Below are positions 20,690 to 31,673 of a DNA stretch of 64,000 bases, piece after piece. The stretch is taken from the NCBI GenBank assembly GCA_050633305.1, contig JBOEGF010000018.1:640001-704000 (forward strand), written 5' to 3'. Numbering within the stretch: position 1 is the first letter of the stretch; each line of letters starts with the position of its first letter. A program made the translations under genes and the position numbers. The notes under the pieces are model-generated. The model was not told where the DNA came from, ran no database searches, and was given only the letters and a program-made list of their open reading frames with translations. The stretch is from Nannocystales bacterium. GTDB taxonomy: Bacteria; Myxococcota_A; Polyangia; Nannocystales; Nannocystaceae.

Positions 20690-21028
20690 CTAGGCGTGCT
20701 GGTTGTACTGGGCGTCCCCGAATCCGAGGATCGGGACGAAGATGAAGGACAGGAAGGCCATTCCTACGCCGAAACCTGTGCTCTTTCCGAACTTCTCGGC
20801 GATCGCGATGTTGACCAGGATGGCGGCGATGAAGTTGGCGACCGGGATGAAGAAGAGGACCAGCCACCAAGTCGGCTTGTTGGCAATCTGCAGCATCACG
20901 TACACGTTGTAGAACGGCACGAGACAGGCCCAACCGGGCTGCCCTGCTTTGGCGAAGACCTTCCAGAAACCCGCGACGACGACGATGACGATAGCGAGTT
21001 GAACCAGCGCAGCGATGAGATCACCCAT
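20690..21028 (-). CDS. DUF5684-like membrane protein
   Basis: WKVFAKAGQPGWACLVPFYN..FGKSTGFG..PILGFGDAQY. Confidence 0.8.
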   Translation of the reverse strand: MGDLIAALVQLAIVIVVVAGFWKVFAKAGQPGWACLVPFYNVYVMLQIANKPTWWLVLFFIPVANFIAAILVNIAIAEKFGKSTGFGVGMAFLSFIFVPILGFGDAQYNQHA

Positions 21029-21241
21029 GACGCCGCGAGCGTATCACTCGGCGCCAAGAGCGGACCACCGAATGCCGCTCCGGCTGGTCAGCCGGAAGGG
21101 TGGTGTTCCCGAGGGACATGTACGGTCCGGAACACGACCTTTGGACCCAGGGAAGCGGCTCTTCCGCGCCGCGCGAAAATGAGCGGGCAGGGCCGGTACC
21201 GCGCGGCTTCGGTACGTCGCGCCCTGGGAAAACCGAAAGGC

Positions 21242-21733
21242 TCACCGGCCAAAGAGTCGTCGAGCCGGGTCGGTCGCCCGGAACCGGTGGGTCACCGAGC
21301 TCTTGCCTCGACGGACCTGGACTCGGTTGACCTGAGCGGGCGTCAGCTCGAAGAACACGGCGTTGCGCAGGGTGACCTCGCGGGGCGCCTTGGGCAGTTT
21401 GAACTCGAAGAACAGGTGTGCGGCTTCGTCGGTCACTTCGCACCCGATCCAGTTCAGCGGCAGGGGGCCGCTGCCATCGGCGAGGATGAACCGTTCCTCG
21501 ACGTACGCTTGCGCGAGTGCGTCGATGTTGGCATCGGTGTCGATGTCGAGCGCGCGGCCGGACTCTCGGCGCAAGGCTTCTTGCAGGTCCTCGGGCGCGA
21601 CGGTGAGCGTGACCTCCAATCGTCGCCCTCGAATGTCGGCCACCGCGGCGCTGGCGTGCACGGGGTGCGCGTGGGCGAGCTGCGGGAGCGCGAGCAGACC
21701 GATGGCCCCGGCGATCCAGGAGCGGCGGTTCAT
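21242..21733 (-). CDS. DUF6702-like exported protein
   Basis: Signal peptide ending AHA-HPVHAS; overlaps the M1 peptidase stop by 4 nt. Confidence 0.65.
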   Translation of the reverse strand: MNRRSWIAGAIGLLALPQLAHAHPVHASAAVADIRGRRLEVTLTVAPEDLQEALRRESGRALDIDTDANIDALAQAYVEERFILADGSGPLPLNWIGCEVTDEAAHLFFEFKLPKAPREVTLRNAVFFELTPAQVNRVQVRRGKSSVTHRFRATDPARRLFGR

Positions 21734-24138
21734 TCGGCCCCCTGCGCGGCGGCATCATCGGCTTCGTCCGGCGTGTCCGCTTTCGGCGGCCCTTCGCCCA
21801 TGCCTGCCTCCTGCATGGGGTTCTTCTTCTTACGTTCCTTGTACAGCTGGAACCGAGTCTTTTGGACCACGGGAGGCCACGCGTTGTTGGAGAGGTCGGT
21901 ATCCGCCGTCTCCAGGTGTGGGTCGAGCGTGATGGAGACGATTGGGTCGTCGACGATGAGGAGCTTGCGGACGCGCTTGGCGTCCTTCCGCCAGACCTCG
22001 GCGGGAATCCGGACCTCCTGGTGGCGCCCGTTCTCAAAGGAGACATCGAGAATGATCGGCATCACCAGCCCGCCGACGTTCTCAAACTCTACGGAGTAGA
22101 ACCGCTTGTTCGACGCCCGCAGGGCGGCTTCGTCCCCCTCAAGGCCGCTGCGCTGCTTCCTCCAGCGCTTGCGCTCGGTGTCGGTGACGTCGAGTTCGTC
22201 GTAGTCGTTGTAGAAGTCGTTGATGTCCTTGTCGGAGTCGGCCCAGGTTGGAAGTTCGGCATCCTCGCGCTTGGACAGCGACTGGGGCTGGGCATCCCGC
22301 TCGGCTTTGAGCTTGGGTTTGTCCACGTCGGGGTCCCCGGTCTCGAGCACGTTCTCGGTGATGCCCACGATGCCGAGGTCCACGTGGTCGGTCGTGTAGA
22401 ACCACCCGCGCCAGAACCAGTCGAGGTCGACTGCCGAGGCGTCTTCCATCGTCCGGAAGAAGTCTGCGGGCATCGGACGGCGAAACTTCCAGCGCTTGGC
22501 GTATTGGGAGAAGGCGTGGTCGAAGAGTTCGCGTCCCATCACCGTCTCGCGCAGCACGTTGAGGGCGGTCGCGGTCTTGGCGTAGGCGTTGTTGCCAAAC
22601 TGCAGCAGCGACTCCGAGTTGGTCATGATCGGGACCTGGTTGTCGCTGCGCATGTACTCGGTGATCTTGCTCGGCTCCCCGCGGCGTGAGGGATAGTTCG
22701 GCTCCCACTCTTGCTCGGTCCGATACTGCAGGAAGGTGTTGAGCCCTTCGTCCATCCATGTCCACTGCCGCTCGTCGCTGTTGACGATCATCGGGAAGAA
22801 GTTGTGGCCGACCTCGTGGATGATCACGGAGATGAGGCCGTACTTGGTGCGCTTGCTGTAGGTGCCATCCTTCTCCGGGCGCGGGCCGTTGAAGCAAATC
22901 ATCGGGTACTCCATGCCGCCGACCGGACCGTTGACCGAGATGGCGGTGGGGTAGGGGTACTCGAACGCGTAGCGGCCGTAGACGTCGAGGGTGTGGATGA
23001 TCGACTTGGTCGAGTACTTGCTCCACAGCGGCTCGCCCTCATTGGGGTAGTAGGACATCGCCCAGACCGGCTCTCCGGCGACGTCGACTTGCTGCGCATC
23101 CCAGATGAACTTCTTGGAGCTGGCAAACGCAAAATCCCGGACGTTCTTGGCCTTGAACCGCCAGGTCTTGGTGCTTTGTGTCTTGCCGGTTTGCGCTTCC
23201 TTCGCTTCCTCGGGGGTGATGATGAAGACGGGGGCCTTGGCCGTTTCGGCGTCCTCGAGTCGGTCGCGTTGCTCGGTCGTGAGGACGTCGCGCGGGTTGG
23301 CCAGGACACCGGTCGCGGCGACGACGTGGTCGGCGGGGACAGTGATCTCGACGTCGTAGTCGCCGAACTCGAGCGTGAACTCGCCGGCGCCAAGATATTG
23401 CTTGTTTTGCCAGCCGGCGACATCGTTGTAGGCGGCCAGGCGAGGGAACCACTGCGCGACCTCGTAGATGATCGTCCCGTCGTCGAACCGCTCGTATCCC
23501 GTGCGCCCGGGGATCTTGGCGGTGTCGTTGATCGCGTAGGACCAGTCGATGTCGAACACGAAAGACTTGCCGGACTTGAGGTCCTTGGGCAGGTCGATGC
23601 GCATCATCGTGCCCACGACAGTGTAGTCGAGGTCGCGACCCCGCTTGTCGGTGACCTTGCTCAGTTTGACGCTGCCATCAAACGTCAGCCCTTCGAGCAG
23701 GCGTCGAAAGCTCCGATACGACACCCGGTCGAAGCCCGGTGCACTCGCGGCCATCGCTCGGTCGGACGTCGGGCTGTAGATGTTGGCGTCAAGCTGAAGC
23801 CACAGGTACGAAAGGGTATCCGGAGAGTTGTTCTCGTACCGGATGCGTTCGTGTCCTTGAACTTGCTGACGCTCGTCATCGAGTTGGACCTCAATGTCGT
23901 AGTCGACATCTTGTTGCCAGTACTCGTGCCCCGGTGCGCCCGAACCGGTACGCGTGGTGGTCGGCGTCGGCAGGAGTTCTTCGAGCTGCCGAAAAGGGTC
24001 CGCCGTGATCGGATACGGTCCTCCACCGCCCGCGTGGGCTGAGGGGGCGATCAGGACGAGGGCTGCGACGATCCAAAACGGGTCCCTGAGCACGCGCGGA
24101 GCATACGTGACCGTCCGCGGCTTGTGGCTTGGGATCAC
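21730..24138 (-). CDS. M1 family metallopeptidase (aminopeptidase)
   Basis: GGMEYPM, HEVGHNFFPM (HEXXH) and WMDEGLN; YWQQDVDY N-terminal motif. Start uncertain. Confidence 0.92.
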   Translation of the reverse strand: MIPSHKPRTVTYAPRVLRDPFWIVAALVLIAPSAHAGGGGPYPITADPFRQLEELLPTPTTTRTGSGAPGHEYWQQDVDYDIEVQLDDERQQVQGHERIRYENNSPDTLSYLWLQLDANIYSPTSDRAMAASAPGFDRVSYRSFRRLLEGLTFDGSVKLSKVTDKRGRDLDYTVVGTMMRIDLPKDLKSGKSFVFDIDWSYAINDTAKIPGRTGYERFDDGTIIYEVAQWFPRLAAYNDVAGWQNKQYLGAGEFTLEFGDYDVEITVPADHVVAATGVLANPRDVLTTEQRDRLEDAETAKAPVFIITPEEAKEAQTGKTQSTKTWRFKAKNVRDFAFASSKKFIWDAQQVDVAGEPVWAMSYYPNEGEPLWSKYSTKSIIHTLDVYGRYAFEYPYPTAISVNGPVGGMEYPMICFNGPRPEKDGTYSKRTKYGLISVIIHEVGHNFFPMIVNSDERQWTWMDEGLNTFLQYRTEQEWEPNYPSRRGEPSKITEYMRSDNQVPIMTNSESLLQFGNNAYAKTATALNVLRETVMGRELFDHAFSQYAKRWKFRRPMPADFFRTMEDASAVDLDWFWRGWFYTTDHVDLGIVGITENVLETGDPDVDKPKLKAERDAQPQSLSKREDAELPTWADSDKDINDFYNDYDELDVTDTERKRWRKQRSGLEGDEAALRASNKRFYSVEFENVGGLVMPIILDVSFENGRHQEVRIPAEVWRKDAKRVRKLLIVDDPIVSITLDPHLETADTDLSNNAWPPVVQKTRFQLYKERKKKNPMQEAGMGEGPPKADTPDEADDAAAQGAE

Positions 24139-24141
24139 GAA

Positions 24142-25278
24142 CTACGCCGCACTCGAGGGCTGGGATTCGGCGAGTGCCGCCAGGACCGCCTGCTCCTTTT
24201 GCGACGCCAGCCCCGCACGGGGTCGGGAACGTCGGGCTTCGGGCAGGGTCTCCCACCACGCCAACGTATCCGCGATGGTCTCTTGCATCGCTCGGGTCTT
24301 GAGTCCGGCTGCGACGGCTTTGCTGATACTCACCCGCGACATCCCACCGAACTCCGCGTCATCGGGCGGTACCCACACTGTCAGCTCCATCCAAGGGGCG
24401 ACGCCGTGCTTGGTGAGGGATGGAGTGGGGACCCAGTGAAACGCCGCGTCGCTGTTCGTCACGGTCTTGCAAGCGTCCAGCAGTCCACCCATCGTGGTCG
24501 CTTCGGTCGGCCCCGTCACGTTGAAAGTCCCGCTCTGCTCGGTTGCTTGGGTATGCAAGATGAACGCTGCGAGGTCGCGAACATCGATGAACTGGGCGGG
24601 GTCATCGGGACTGTTGGGTGCCACCACGTCTCCTCCGCGCGCAACCCGGGTGGGCCAGTAGGTGAAGCGGTCTGTGGGATCGCCGGGTCCGACAATGAGG
24701 CCTGGCCGTACCACGGTGGCCCGGCCGGGCATCGCAGCTTCAGCTGCGCGTTCGCACCCCGCCTTGAGGGCTCCGTAGTGCTGCGGCATTGCTTCCGAGT
24801 ACGGCTCTGGCATCGGAATCGTGGCGCCACCTTCTTCCACGCCCGGCACGCTGAGGTTGGCGTAGGCGGAGATCGAGGAGACGAAGACGTATCGCTCCGC
24901 TTGCTGGGAGAGCAAACCCGCGCTGGCCTCGACCTGTCGCGGGATCTGTCCGCTGGTATCGAGCACCCAGTCGAACGACCGGCCTTCGAGTGCGCTCAGG
25001 TCACCATTGCGATCGCCGCGGAGTTTTTCGAGTTCGGGGAACAGGTGCGGTCTCGTCTTCCCGCGGTTGAAAAGCGTGACCTCGGCGTTCATCGCCTGGC
25101 ACTGCTCGACCAACGCGGGTCCCAGGAATCCGGTGCCGCCGAGGATCAGAACACGCTTGGGCGCGTCGGGGAGGCTTGACTCGGGCTTCGACGGTGGGGT
25201 CGTCGGGCTCGCGGTTCGACAGCCAGCGAGCATGGCTCCCAGCACCCCCAGGGAAAACTCTCTTCGTCTGATCATCAT
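24142..25278 (-). CDS. NAD-dependent epimerase/dehydratase family protein with Tat-like signal
   Basis: RRREF signal, ILGGTGFLG, YGALK, VRPGLIVGP, FIDVRDLA. Confidence 0.85.
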   Translation of the reverse strand: MMIRRREFSLGVLGAMLAGCRTASPTTPPSKPESSLPDAPKRVLILGGTGFLGPALVEQCQAMNAEVTLFNRGKTRPHLFPELEKLRGDRNGDLSALEGRSFDWVLDTSGQIPRQVEASAGLLSQQAERYVFVSSISAYANLSVPGVEEGGATIPMPEPYSEAMPQHYGALKAGCERAAEAAMPGRATVVRPGLIVGPGDPTDRFTYWPTRVARGGDVVAPNSPDDPAQFIDVRDLAAFILHTQATEQSGTFNVTGPTEATTMGGLLDACKTVTNSDAAFHWVPTPSLTKHGVAPWMELTVWVPPDDAEFGGMSRVSISKAVAAGLKTRAMQETIADTLAWWETLPEARRSRPRAGLASQKEQAVLAALAESQPSSAA

Positions 25279-25369
25279 CCGAATCCGGGCCTCCGACTCG
25301 GGTTGTGCCCCAAGAGTTTCAACGTTTGTCCCGAAACATGATGCGGGACACTGGGGTCACAGGCCCATC

Positions 25370-26638
25370 TTGTCTTGGCCTCGATTGGGGAGGCTGCTCG
25401 ACGTTCGCGGGGACGACGCGCGGCCGTTGGCCTGGTCTGCAACTCAGTTCGGGTTGTTGATGGCGGCCTTGTATGTGGTCCGCCCGCTACGGGATGAGTT
25501 GGGGATCCGCAGCGGCGTCGAGAACATGCAGTGGCTGTTCTCCGGCACGTTCGTCGCGATGCTGCTCATCGTTCCGCTCTACGGACTGGCGGTGTCTCGT
25601 CGTCCTCGTCGGGTCGTCGTCCCGTGGGTGTTCATCTGCATTGCTCTCTCGCTCGTCGCTGCTCGGGTGTTGTCCGGGCAGATGACCGAGATGTACGAGT
25701 CCGTCTTCGCGGCGGTGCTCTTTGTCTGGATCAGTGCGTTCAACCTGTTCGCGGTTTCGGTGTTCTGGTCGCTGGCGGTTGACATCTTCTCTCCCGAGTC
25801 CAGCCGACGTAGCTTCGGGCTCATCTCCGCGGGAGGAACGATCGGCGCGCTGTGTGGCCCGGTTCTCGCGGCAGCTGGAGCGCAGTGGCTCGTCCCGGAT
25901 GACCTCTTGCTGCTGTGCGCCGGGCTTCTGCTGTGCGTGGCAATGGCGGGGCGGGGAGTCGAGTCTTCGACGCGGGGGGTGCAGGATGGGGGGACCGAGG
26001 GGGGGCTGGGTGGTGGCGTTGTGGAAGGTTTCGCGTTGCTGGCGACGCAACCCCGTCTGCGGGCTCTGTGCGGCTACCTGCTGTGCATGACGTGGGTCTC
26101 GACCGTGCTGTACTTCGAGCAGTCTCGGGTCGTTGCCGCCGCGAGCCTCGACTCCGCGGAGCGAACCACGATCTTCGCGGGCCTTGATCTGGCGGTCAAC
26201 GCTTCGGCCATCTGCATTCAGATGCTCTTCACCGGCCGGGTTCTCGGCCGGCTGGGCCTGGGGGTGGTCTTGGTCGCGCTGCCCGTGGTCTCGGGGGCCG
26301 CGCTGGTTGGGATCTCCCTCGTGCCGACACTGACGGTCGTGCTCGTCGCCCAAGCCGTGCGTCGCGCGACGAACTTCGCCCTCGCCCGACCCGCGAGGGA
26401 GGTTCTGTACACGGGTGTGGACCGAGTCTCGCGGTTCAAGGGCAAGAACGTGGTGGACACGGTGGTCTACCGAGGCGGCGACATGATTGCGGGGTGGGCC
26501 TTTGCGGGGCTCGAGTTCGCCGGCCTGGGCTTGGGCGCGATCGCGTGGCTGGCCACCCCGGTGGTCGGAATCTGGGCGTGGTTGGGTGTTCGCCTGGGGC
26601 GCGCTTCCGAGTCGCACGAGGGCAGCCAAAGACTGTAG
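25370..26638 (+). CDS. MFS transporter, NTP/NDP exchange (TLC)-like
   Basis: YVVRPLRDELG, FNLFAVSVFWS, ARPAREVLYT..RFKGKNVVDTVVYRGGD; about 12 TM. Start estimated. Confidence 0.8.
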   Translation: MSWPRLGRLLDVRGDDARPLAWSATQFGLLMAALYVVRPLRDELGIRSGVENMQWLFSGTFVAMLLIVPLYGLAVSRRPRRVVVPWVFICIALSLVAARVLSGQMTEMYESVFAAVLFVWISAFNLFAVSVFWSLAVDIFSPESSRRSFGLISAGGTIGALCGPVLAAAGAQWLVPDDLLLLCAGLLLCVAMAGRGVESSTRGVQDGGTEGGLGGGVVEGFALLATQPRLRALCGYLLCMTWVSTVLYFEQSRVVAAASLDSAERTTIFAGLDLAVNASAICIQMLFTGRVLGRLGLGVVLVALPVVSGAALVGISLVPTLTVVLVAQAVRRATNFALARPAREVLYTGVDRVSRFKGKNVVDTVVYRGGDMIAGWAFAGLEFAGLGLGAIAWLATPVVGIWAWLGVRLGRASESHEGSQRL

Positions 26639-26647
26639 CCTCCGCCC

Positions 26648-27316
26648 ATGAAGCCTTGGGAGACGCTCGATTCCGCAACGGCCCCTGATGGTGAGGCGCT
26701 GGATCTTCGGCGTCGTGGCCACGAGTTTCTGATCCGAGCTGGAGGCTACGACTTGATGTCGAGCGAGGACGACGGTTCGTCCAAGGCGCTCTCTTCGCTG
26801 GGCATCGGAGCGCTTGGACGTCCCGCAAAACACGTGTTGGTCGGCGGCCTGGGCATGGGCTTCACCCTTCGCGAGGCGCTGGACCGCGTCGGCCCCGAGG
26901 CCACTGTGGAGGTCGCTGAACTGGTGGAGGCGGTGGTTCGTTGGAACGAGGGTCCGCTCGCTGATGTGGCCGGCCGGCCTCTGGACGACCCGCGGGCTCG
27001 TGTCTTTCAGGGGGATGTCGGCGGGCGCATCCGAAACCCACCGCAGCGCTACGATGCGATCCTGCTCGATGTCGACAACGGTCCGGACGCCCTGGCCCAC
27101 GAAAGCAACCAGTCGATCTACTCGGCAGGAGGCCTCGACGCGGCGTACGGGGCGTTGACTCCTGGTGGGGTACTTGGCGTGTGGTCGTTCTCCGATGACC
27201 GTAAGTTCACCGGCCGTTGCAAGCGGGCCGGTTTCGCGACCCAAGTGGAGAAGGTTCCAGCGTCTCGAAAGGGCCGCGGCCGGTTTCACTACATCTGGCT
27301 TGCGAAGCGGCGGTGA
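26648..27316 (+). CDS. Spermidine synthase-like SAM-dependent methyltransferase
   Basis: VLVGGLGMGFTL, YDAILLDVDNGP. Confidence 0.8.
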   Translation: MKPWETLDSATAPDGEALDLRRRGHEFLIRAGGYDLMSSEDDGSSKALSSLGIGALGRPAKHVLVGGLGMGFTLREALDRVGPEATVEVAELVEAVVRWNEGPLADVAGRPLDDPRARVFQGDVGGRIRNPPQRYDAILLDVDNGPDALAHESNQSIYSAGGLDAAYGALTPGGVLGVWSFSDDRKFTGRCKRAGFATQVEKVPASRKGRGRFHYIWLAKRR

Positions 27317-27382
27317 CGCTGGGTTGCATTCCAGCATCGGTGCCACCGGACGCGTTTGACCCCGTGCTCTAATGCGCGGGTG

Positions 27383-30094
27383 ATGATGGGAGCTGCTCGA
27401 TGGGCCGCGTTGGTGATGGTCTTGTTCTGCGGCGCACTTTGGGGCTGCGGGACCGACGAATTCGCGACCCCGCTCAGTCCGGGGCTTCGTACCCTCGATC
27501 AAGGGCTGCTCCTGCACTGGACCTTCGAGGACCGCTCTGGAGACCAGATTCTCGACGTTTCCGGTCATGGACGGCATGGGACGTTGGTCGGCGGGAGCAC
27601 GTTTGTCGCTACCGAGCACGGGGAGGCGGTGGTGCTCGACGGGGTCGACGACGTCATCTCCTTCGCAGGTCCACGCGCGCCATCCTTCTATGGAGGCAGC
27701 CACGGGGCGGTGACGATCAGCGCTCGCGTTCGGGTGAACGACGTCGCCCAGTACAACACGCTGTGTGTCGGGTGTGGACCGGTGCGGTCCTTGTTCGTGG
27801 GAACCCAGTCGTTCGGCCCCCGGGTGCAAGCCGCGATTCGTGATGAGCAAGGCGGAGGCGTGCGCTGGCACCAATCGACCGACGCACTCGCCGACGACGC
27901 GTGGGTGCAAGCGACCGTGATCATCGAGGGCGGCGTAGGCTCCCGGATCTATTTGGACTGCGCACTTGATGCAGAGGTGGTCGACCCCGATGTTGTGCTG
28001 GACGATTTCGGCTACTCCTCGGTCGGCGAGGGCACGTTCCCGCATATGTGGTTCGAGGGCGCGATCGACGAGTTTCGGATCTGGGATCGAGCGTTGGTGG
28101 ACGATGAGATCGAGGCCCTATGTCCGAGCGTCGCCCCGCCGGACGGGCTCGAGTTGCACTGGACGTTCGAGGACCGCGATGACACGCAGGTGCTGGATCT
28201 CTCCGGAAACGAGCGGCACGGGACGCTTCAAGGGGGCCCGGTGTTTGTCGAGGGGCCGGTCGGGGACGCGATCCATTTCGACGGAGCGGACGACTTCATC
28301 AGCTTCCTCGGTCCGCGGTCGACCGACCTGTATGGGGGCGTGCAGGGGGCCTTCACGCTCAGCGCGCGAGTTCGGCTGAGCGACGCGAGCAAGTACAACA
28401 CTCTGTGCTTCGGATGCGGGCCGTTTCGATCGTTGTTCGTGGGCACGGCACCGTACGGAGCGCGGGTGATGGGGACTCTGTTCGACCAAGGCTCGGGTGG
28501 GGTTGTGTGGCCGTGGAGTACGCCAGCGCTGGTCGAGGACGCTTGGACCGAGGTCACGATGGTCGTCGAAGGCGGGGTCGGGACTCGGATCTACCTCGGT
28601 TGCGAACTAGACTCGAGCGTTCCCGACGCCGACGTCGGGCTTCGGGATTATGGGTACTCCTCGGTCGGGCAGGGCGGCGCACCGGGGCAGTGGTTCGAGG
28701 GGGACCTCGACGAGCTCCGGGTGTGGAGCCGGGCGCTCTCCGATGAGGACGTCGCCGCCCTTTGCCCCTCGGAGCCGACCGACCCTCTTGCGCAAGGCCT
28801 CGAGCTGCACTGGTCGTTCGAGGACCGGGTGGGCAGCACCATCGAGGACCTCTCGGGCAACGGCCGGACGGGCACGATGGTGGGTGGGACGTTCGTTTCC
28901 AGTCCCCATGGTGAAGCGGCGAGCCTGGACGGCGTCGACGACAGCGTCTCCTTCGTGGGGCCACGGGATGTGGAGCTGTTCGGAGGGGACAGCGGCGACT
29001 TCACGATGAGCGCGCAGGTGCGCGTCTGGGATGTGCAGCGATTCAACACGCTGTGTTTCGGTTGCGGTCCGATGGCCAGCGTCTTCGTTGGTGACAACAG
29101 TGGCAACAACAGCATCTACGACACCGGGAACTACGCCCAGGCGACCCTGTGGGGAACCTTCGCAGGTGGCATGGGCGGGGGGTTCTTCCATCGACCGCGG
29201 ACTTCGCTGGTCATCGACGATGGACAGTGGTTCGAGCTCACCGTCTCGGTGGAGGGAGGCGTAGGCGCGCGGATCTACATCAACGGCGTATTGATGGGCG
29301 AGTTGCTCGACCCGGATATCCAGCTTCACGACCCGGGTTTTTCCTCGCTCGGACGAGGTGCTTCGTCGGCCCGATGGTTTGGTGGAGAGGTGGACGAACT
29401 GCGGATCTGGAGCCGAGCTCTGTCCCAAGAGGACGTCGCAAACTTCGGCGCAGGGATGCCGTTCCTCCATCTCGGGTTGCTCGCGAAGTGGGACTTCGCG
29501 TACCACCTCGGCGACTACATCTTCGACCGCTCGGGCAACAACCGAGCCGCCTACCTCGAAGGCGCCACGTTGGTCCCGTCACCCCATGGTGAGGCGGCCC
29601 AGTTCGACGGCATGGACGACTCCCTGTCGTTCTCGGGCCTGCGTGACCCCGAGCTGTACGGAGGTGAAAACGGCTCCTTCTCCGTGAGCACCCGGCTGCG
29701 GGTCGCAGACGCCGACGCCGCGAACACGGTGTGCTTTGGCTGCGGCCCCTTCAACGCGTTGTCGGTTGGCAACCTGGGCGCGGGTGGCTTGGCGTGGGCC
29801 CGTCTGTTCGACGAGACGAGCCCCTCCTTCCTTTGGCCCTCGACAGCCTCATCCATCGCCGACGACACATGGGTCGAGGTCACCTTGACGGTCGACGCGA
29901 CCTTCGGCGCCCGTTTCTACGTCGACTGCCAGCTCGATGGGGAGCTGCTCGATCCTGCGATCGGCCTGCACGACTACGGGTACTCGAGCTTCGGCGAGGG
30001 GGGCGGCGACAACTGGCTTGAAGGTGAGGTCGAGATGTTCCGGATCTGGAATCGGGTGCTGACCCCCGCCGAAATCTCCGCGTTGTGTCAGTAG
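27383..30094 (+). CDS. Lipoprotein with four tandem LamG/concanavalin A-like domains
   Basis: Lipobox LWGC; four units each with HW(T/S)FED or KWDF, D.SGN..G.L, (F/L)DG.DD and G..DE.RIW.R.L. Confidence 0.85.
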   Translation: MMGAARWAALVMVLFCGALWGCGTDEFATPLSPGLRTLDQGLLLHWTFEDRSGDQILDVSGHGRHGTLVGGSTFVATEHGEAVVLDGVDDVISFAGPRAPSFYGGSHGAVTISARVRVNDVAQYNTLCVGCGPVRSLFVGTQSFGPRVQAAIRDEQGGGVRWHQSTDALADDAWVQATVIIEGGVGSRIYLDCALDAEVVDPDVVLDDFGYSSVGEGTFPHMWFEGAIDEFRIWDRALVDDEIEALCPSVAPPDGLELHWTFEDRDDTQVLDLSGNERHGTLQGGPVFVEGPVGDAIHFDGADDFISFLGPRSTDLYGGVQGAFTLSARVRLSDASKYNTLCFGCGPFRSLFVGTAPYGARVMGTLFDQGSGGVVWPWSTPALVEDAWTEVTMVVEGGVGTRIYLGCELDSSVPDADVGLRDYGYSSVGQGGAPGQWFEGDLDELRVWSRALSDEDVAALCPSEPTDPLAQGLELHWSFEDRVGSTIEDLSGNGRTGTMVGGTFVSSPHGEAASLDGVDDSVSFVGPRDVELFGGDSGDFTMSAQVRVWDVQRFNTLCFGCGPMASVFVGDNSGNNSIYDTGNYAQATLWGTFAGGMGGGFFHRPRTSLVIDDGQWFELTVSVEGGVGARIYINGVLMGELLDPDIQLHDPGFSSLGRGASSARWFGGEVDELRIWSRALSQEDVANFGAGMPFLHLGLLAKWDFAYHLGDYIFDRSGNNRAAYLEGATLVPSPHGEAAQFDGMDDSLSFSGLRDPELYGGENGSFSVSTRLRVADADAANTVCFGCGPFNALSVGNLGAGGLAWARLFDETSPSFLWPSTASSIADDTWVEVTLTVDATFGARFYVDCQLDGELLDPAIGLHDYGYSSFGEGGGDNWLEGEVEMFRIWNRVLTPAEISALCQ
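27503..30091 (+). repeat. Four ~215-codon internal repeats of the LamG protein
   Basis: Repeat starts near 27503, 28145, 28796 and 29474; shared NT(L/V)C(V/F)GCGP and DxGYSSxGxG. Confidence 0.8.
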
Positions 30095-30129
30095 CCCGAA
30101 AACGGGTGGAGAGCGTCGCGTCCGCCCGC

Positions 30130-31665
30130 TCAGGCTTCGTACAGAACGTCGAGGTACGCCGCGAGGATGTCACCAACCGCAGTGCGGACGGGCATCTTGT
30201 TGGCGAGCCCGTATACGGGAGCCATCCCGCCCTTGTCCTTTGGCTGTCGACGCGCCTCTTCGACGGACTCGGCGAGGTCGGCGAGGAACCGCTGCGCGAC
30301 GCCGGGCTGGGTGTGACGCAACGTGACGCACAGGTGAACGCTGGGAGGCTTGTGAAGCCCATTGAGGTTCCAGCGTCGATGCCCCATCAAGTCGAGCACC
30401 CGGTAGATGTCGACCTCGTCGGAGGCGAACGCGACGACCCACAGCGGGTCTCCCATGATCTTCAGCCCCCGAATCTGACGGATCCCATGTTTGATGGCGT
30501 CGGCGGTTTCCAGGATCTGGCGGGTGGATTCGGTGTAGCCGGCTTCACCCATCGAAACCATCGACGCCCAACACGCGGCACTGAGCGCGCCTGAACGACT
30601 GCCCGCGAACGTCGGCGATGCGTACAATCCTCCGGGCCAGTCGGTCGCGCGAAAGAACTGGTGCCGCCGGAGTTCTTTGGACCGGTAGAGGACCACCGAT
30701 GTGCCCTTCGCGGCGTACCCATACTTGTGGGTGTCGGCGGACATCGAGGTGACGCCACGTAGGCGGAAGTCAAACGGGGGGACCGAGTATCCCAAGCGTT
30801 CGGCGAAGGGCAGGATGAACCCTCCGAGGCAGGCGTCGGTGTGAAACCCAACCCCGCGGTCGTACGCGACCTCGCTCAGTTCAGCGATCGGGTCGATACA
30901 TCCGTGGGGGAATGCGGGGGCGGACCCGACGACCGCGATCGTGTTGCGGCCCACGGCTGCGCGGGCGTCTGCGACCAATGCTCGGGTGTCTTCTCCGACC
31001 GGGATCTTGATCGGCTTGATCCTGAACGACTCGCACGCCTTGTCGAACGCCGCGTGGGCCGTGACCGGCATGACGAGGTTGGGGGATGTCACCCCGCGGT
31101 CGGCCTGCGCCTGATCGCGGTAGGTCTTGATGGCGAGCATGATGCTCTCGGTTCCCCCGGAGGTCACGGTTCCGCAGACTTCGTCAGAGGCACGGGTGAC
31201 CTTGTCCGCGCCTAGCATTTGTGCCGTCATGGCGACGATCTCCCCCTCGTACTTGGAGACCCGCGGCCAGAGGTCCGCGTGCAGCGGGTTGGTCTGGGAG
31301 TTGAGCGCGTAGACCTGATCGAGGAACGCGGTGTGCTCCGCATCCCCGTGATAGACGGCCCCCGATACAAACCCGTCTTCCCACCGATCGTCCTCGCGCG
31401 CCTTGAGTGTACGCATCTCGTCCAGCACCGATGCGTGAGAGCGGCCTTCGTCCGGCAGCTTCACGTGTCGCGGGACGTCGTCTCGGTACGGACGCATCGA
31501 GGTCCGCATGTCGTCGAGCACCTTTTCGTATTCAGCCTCGATGCGGTTACGGAGCACCGGAAACCGCTTCGCGACCTTGAACAGCTTCTCCAGCGCGCGC
31601 TCACCAGCGCGGCGAATCGGGGGGGGGACAGCTTGGGTGACGAGGTCGGGTAGATCGAAGTCCAT
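30130..31665 (-). CDS. Sphingosine-1-phosphate lyase-like PLP-dependent enzyme (group II decarboxylase fold)
   Basis: [58 protein letters not shown]. Confidence 0.85.
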   Translation of the reverse strand: MDFDLPDLVTQAVPPPIRRAGERALEKLFKVAKRFPVLRNRIEAEYEKVLDDMRTSMRPYRDDVPRHVKLPDEGRSHASVLDEMRTLKAREDDRWEDGFVSGAVYHGDAEHTAFLDQVYALNSQTNPLHADLWPRVSKYEGEIVAMTAQMLGADKVTRASDEVCGTVTSGGTESIMLAIKTYRDQAQADRGVTSPNLVMPVTAHAAFDKACESFRIKPIKIPVGEDTRALVADARAAVGRNTIAVVGSAPAFPHGCIDPIAELSEVAYDRGVGFHTDACLGGFILPFAERLGYSVPPFDFRLRGVTSMSADTHKYGYAAKGTSVVLYRSKELRRHQFFRATDWPGGLYASPTFAGSRSGALSAACWASMVSMGEAGYTESTRQILETADAIKHGIRQIRGLKIMGDPLWVVAFASDEVDIYRVLDLMGHRRWNLNGLHKPPSVHLCVTLRHTQPGVAQRFLADLAESVEEARRQPKDKGGMAPVYGLANKMPVRTAVGDILAAYLDVLYEA

Positions 31666-31673
31666 CGGGAGCC

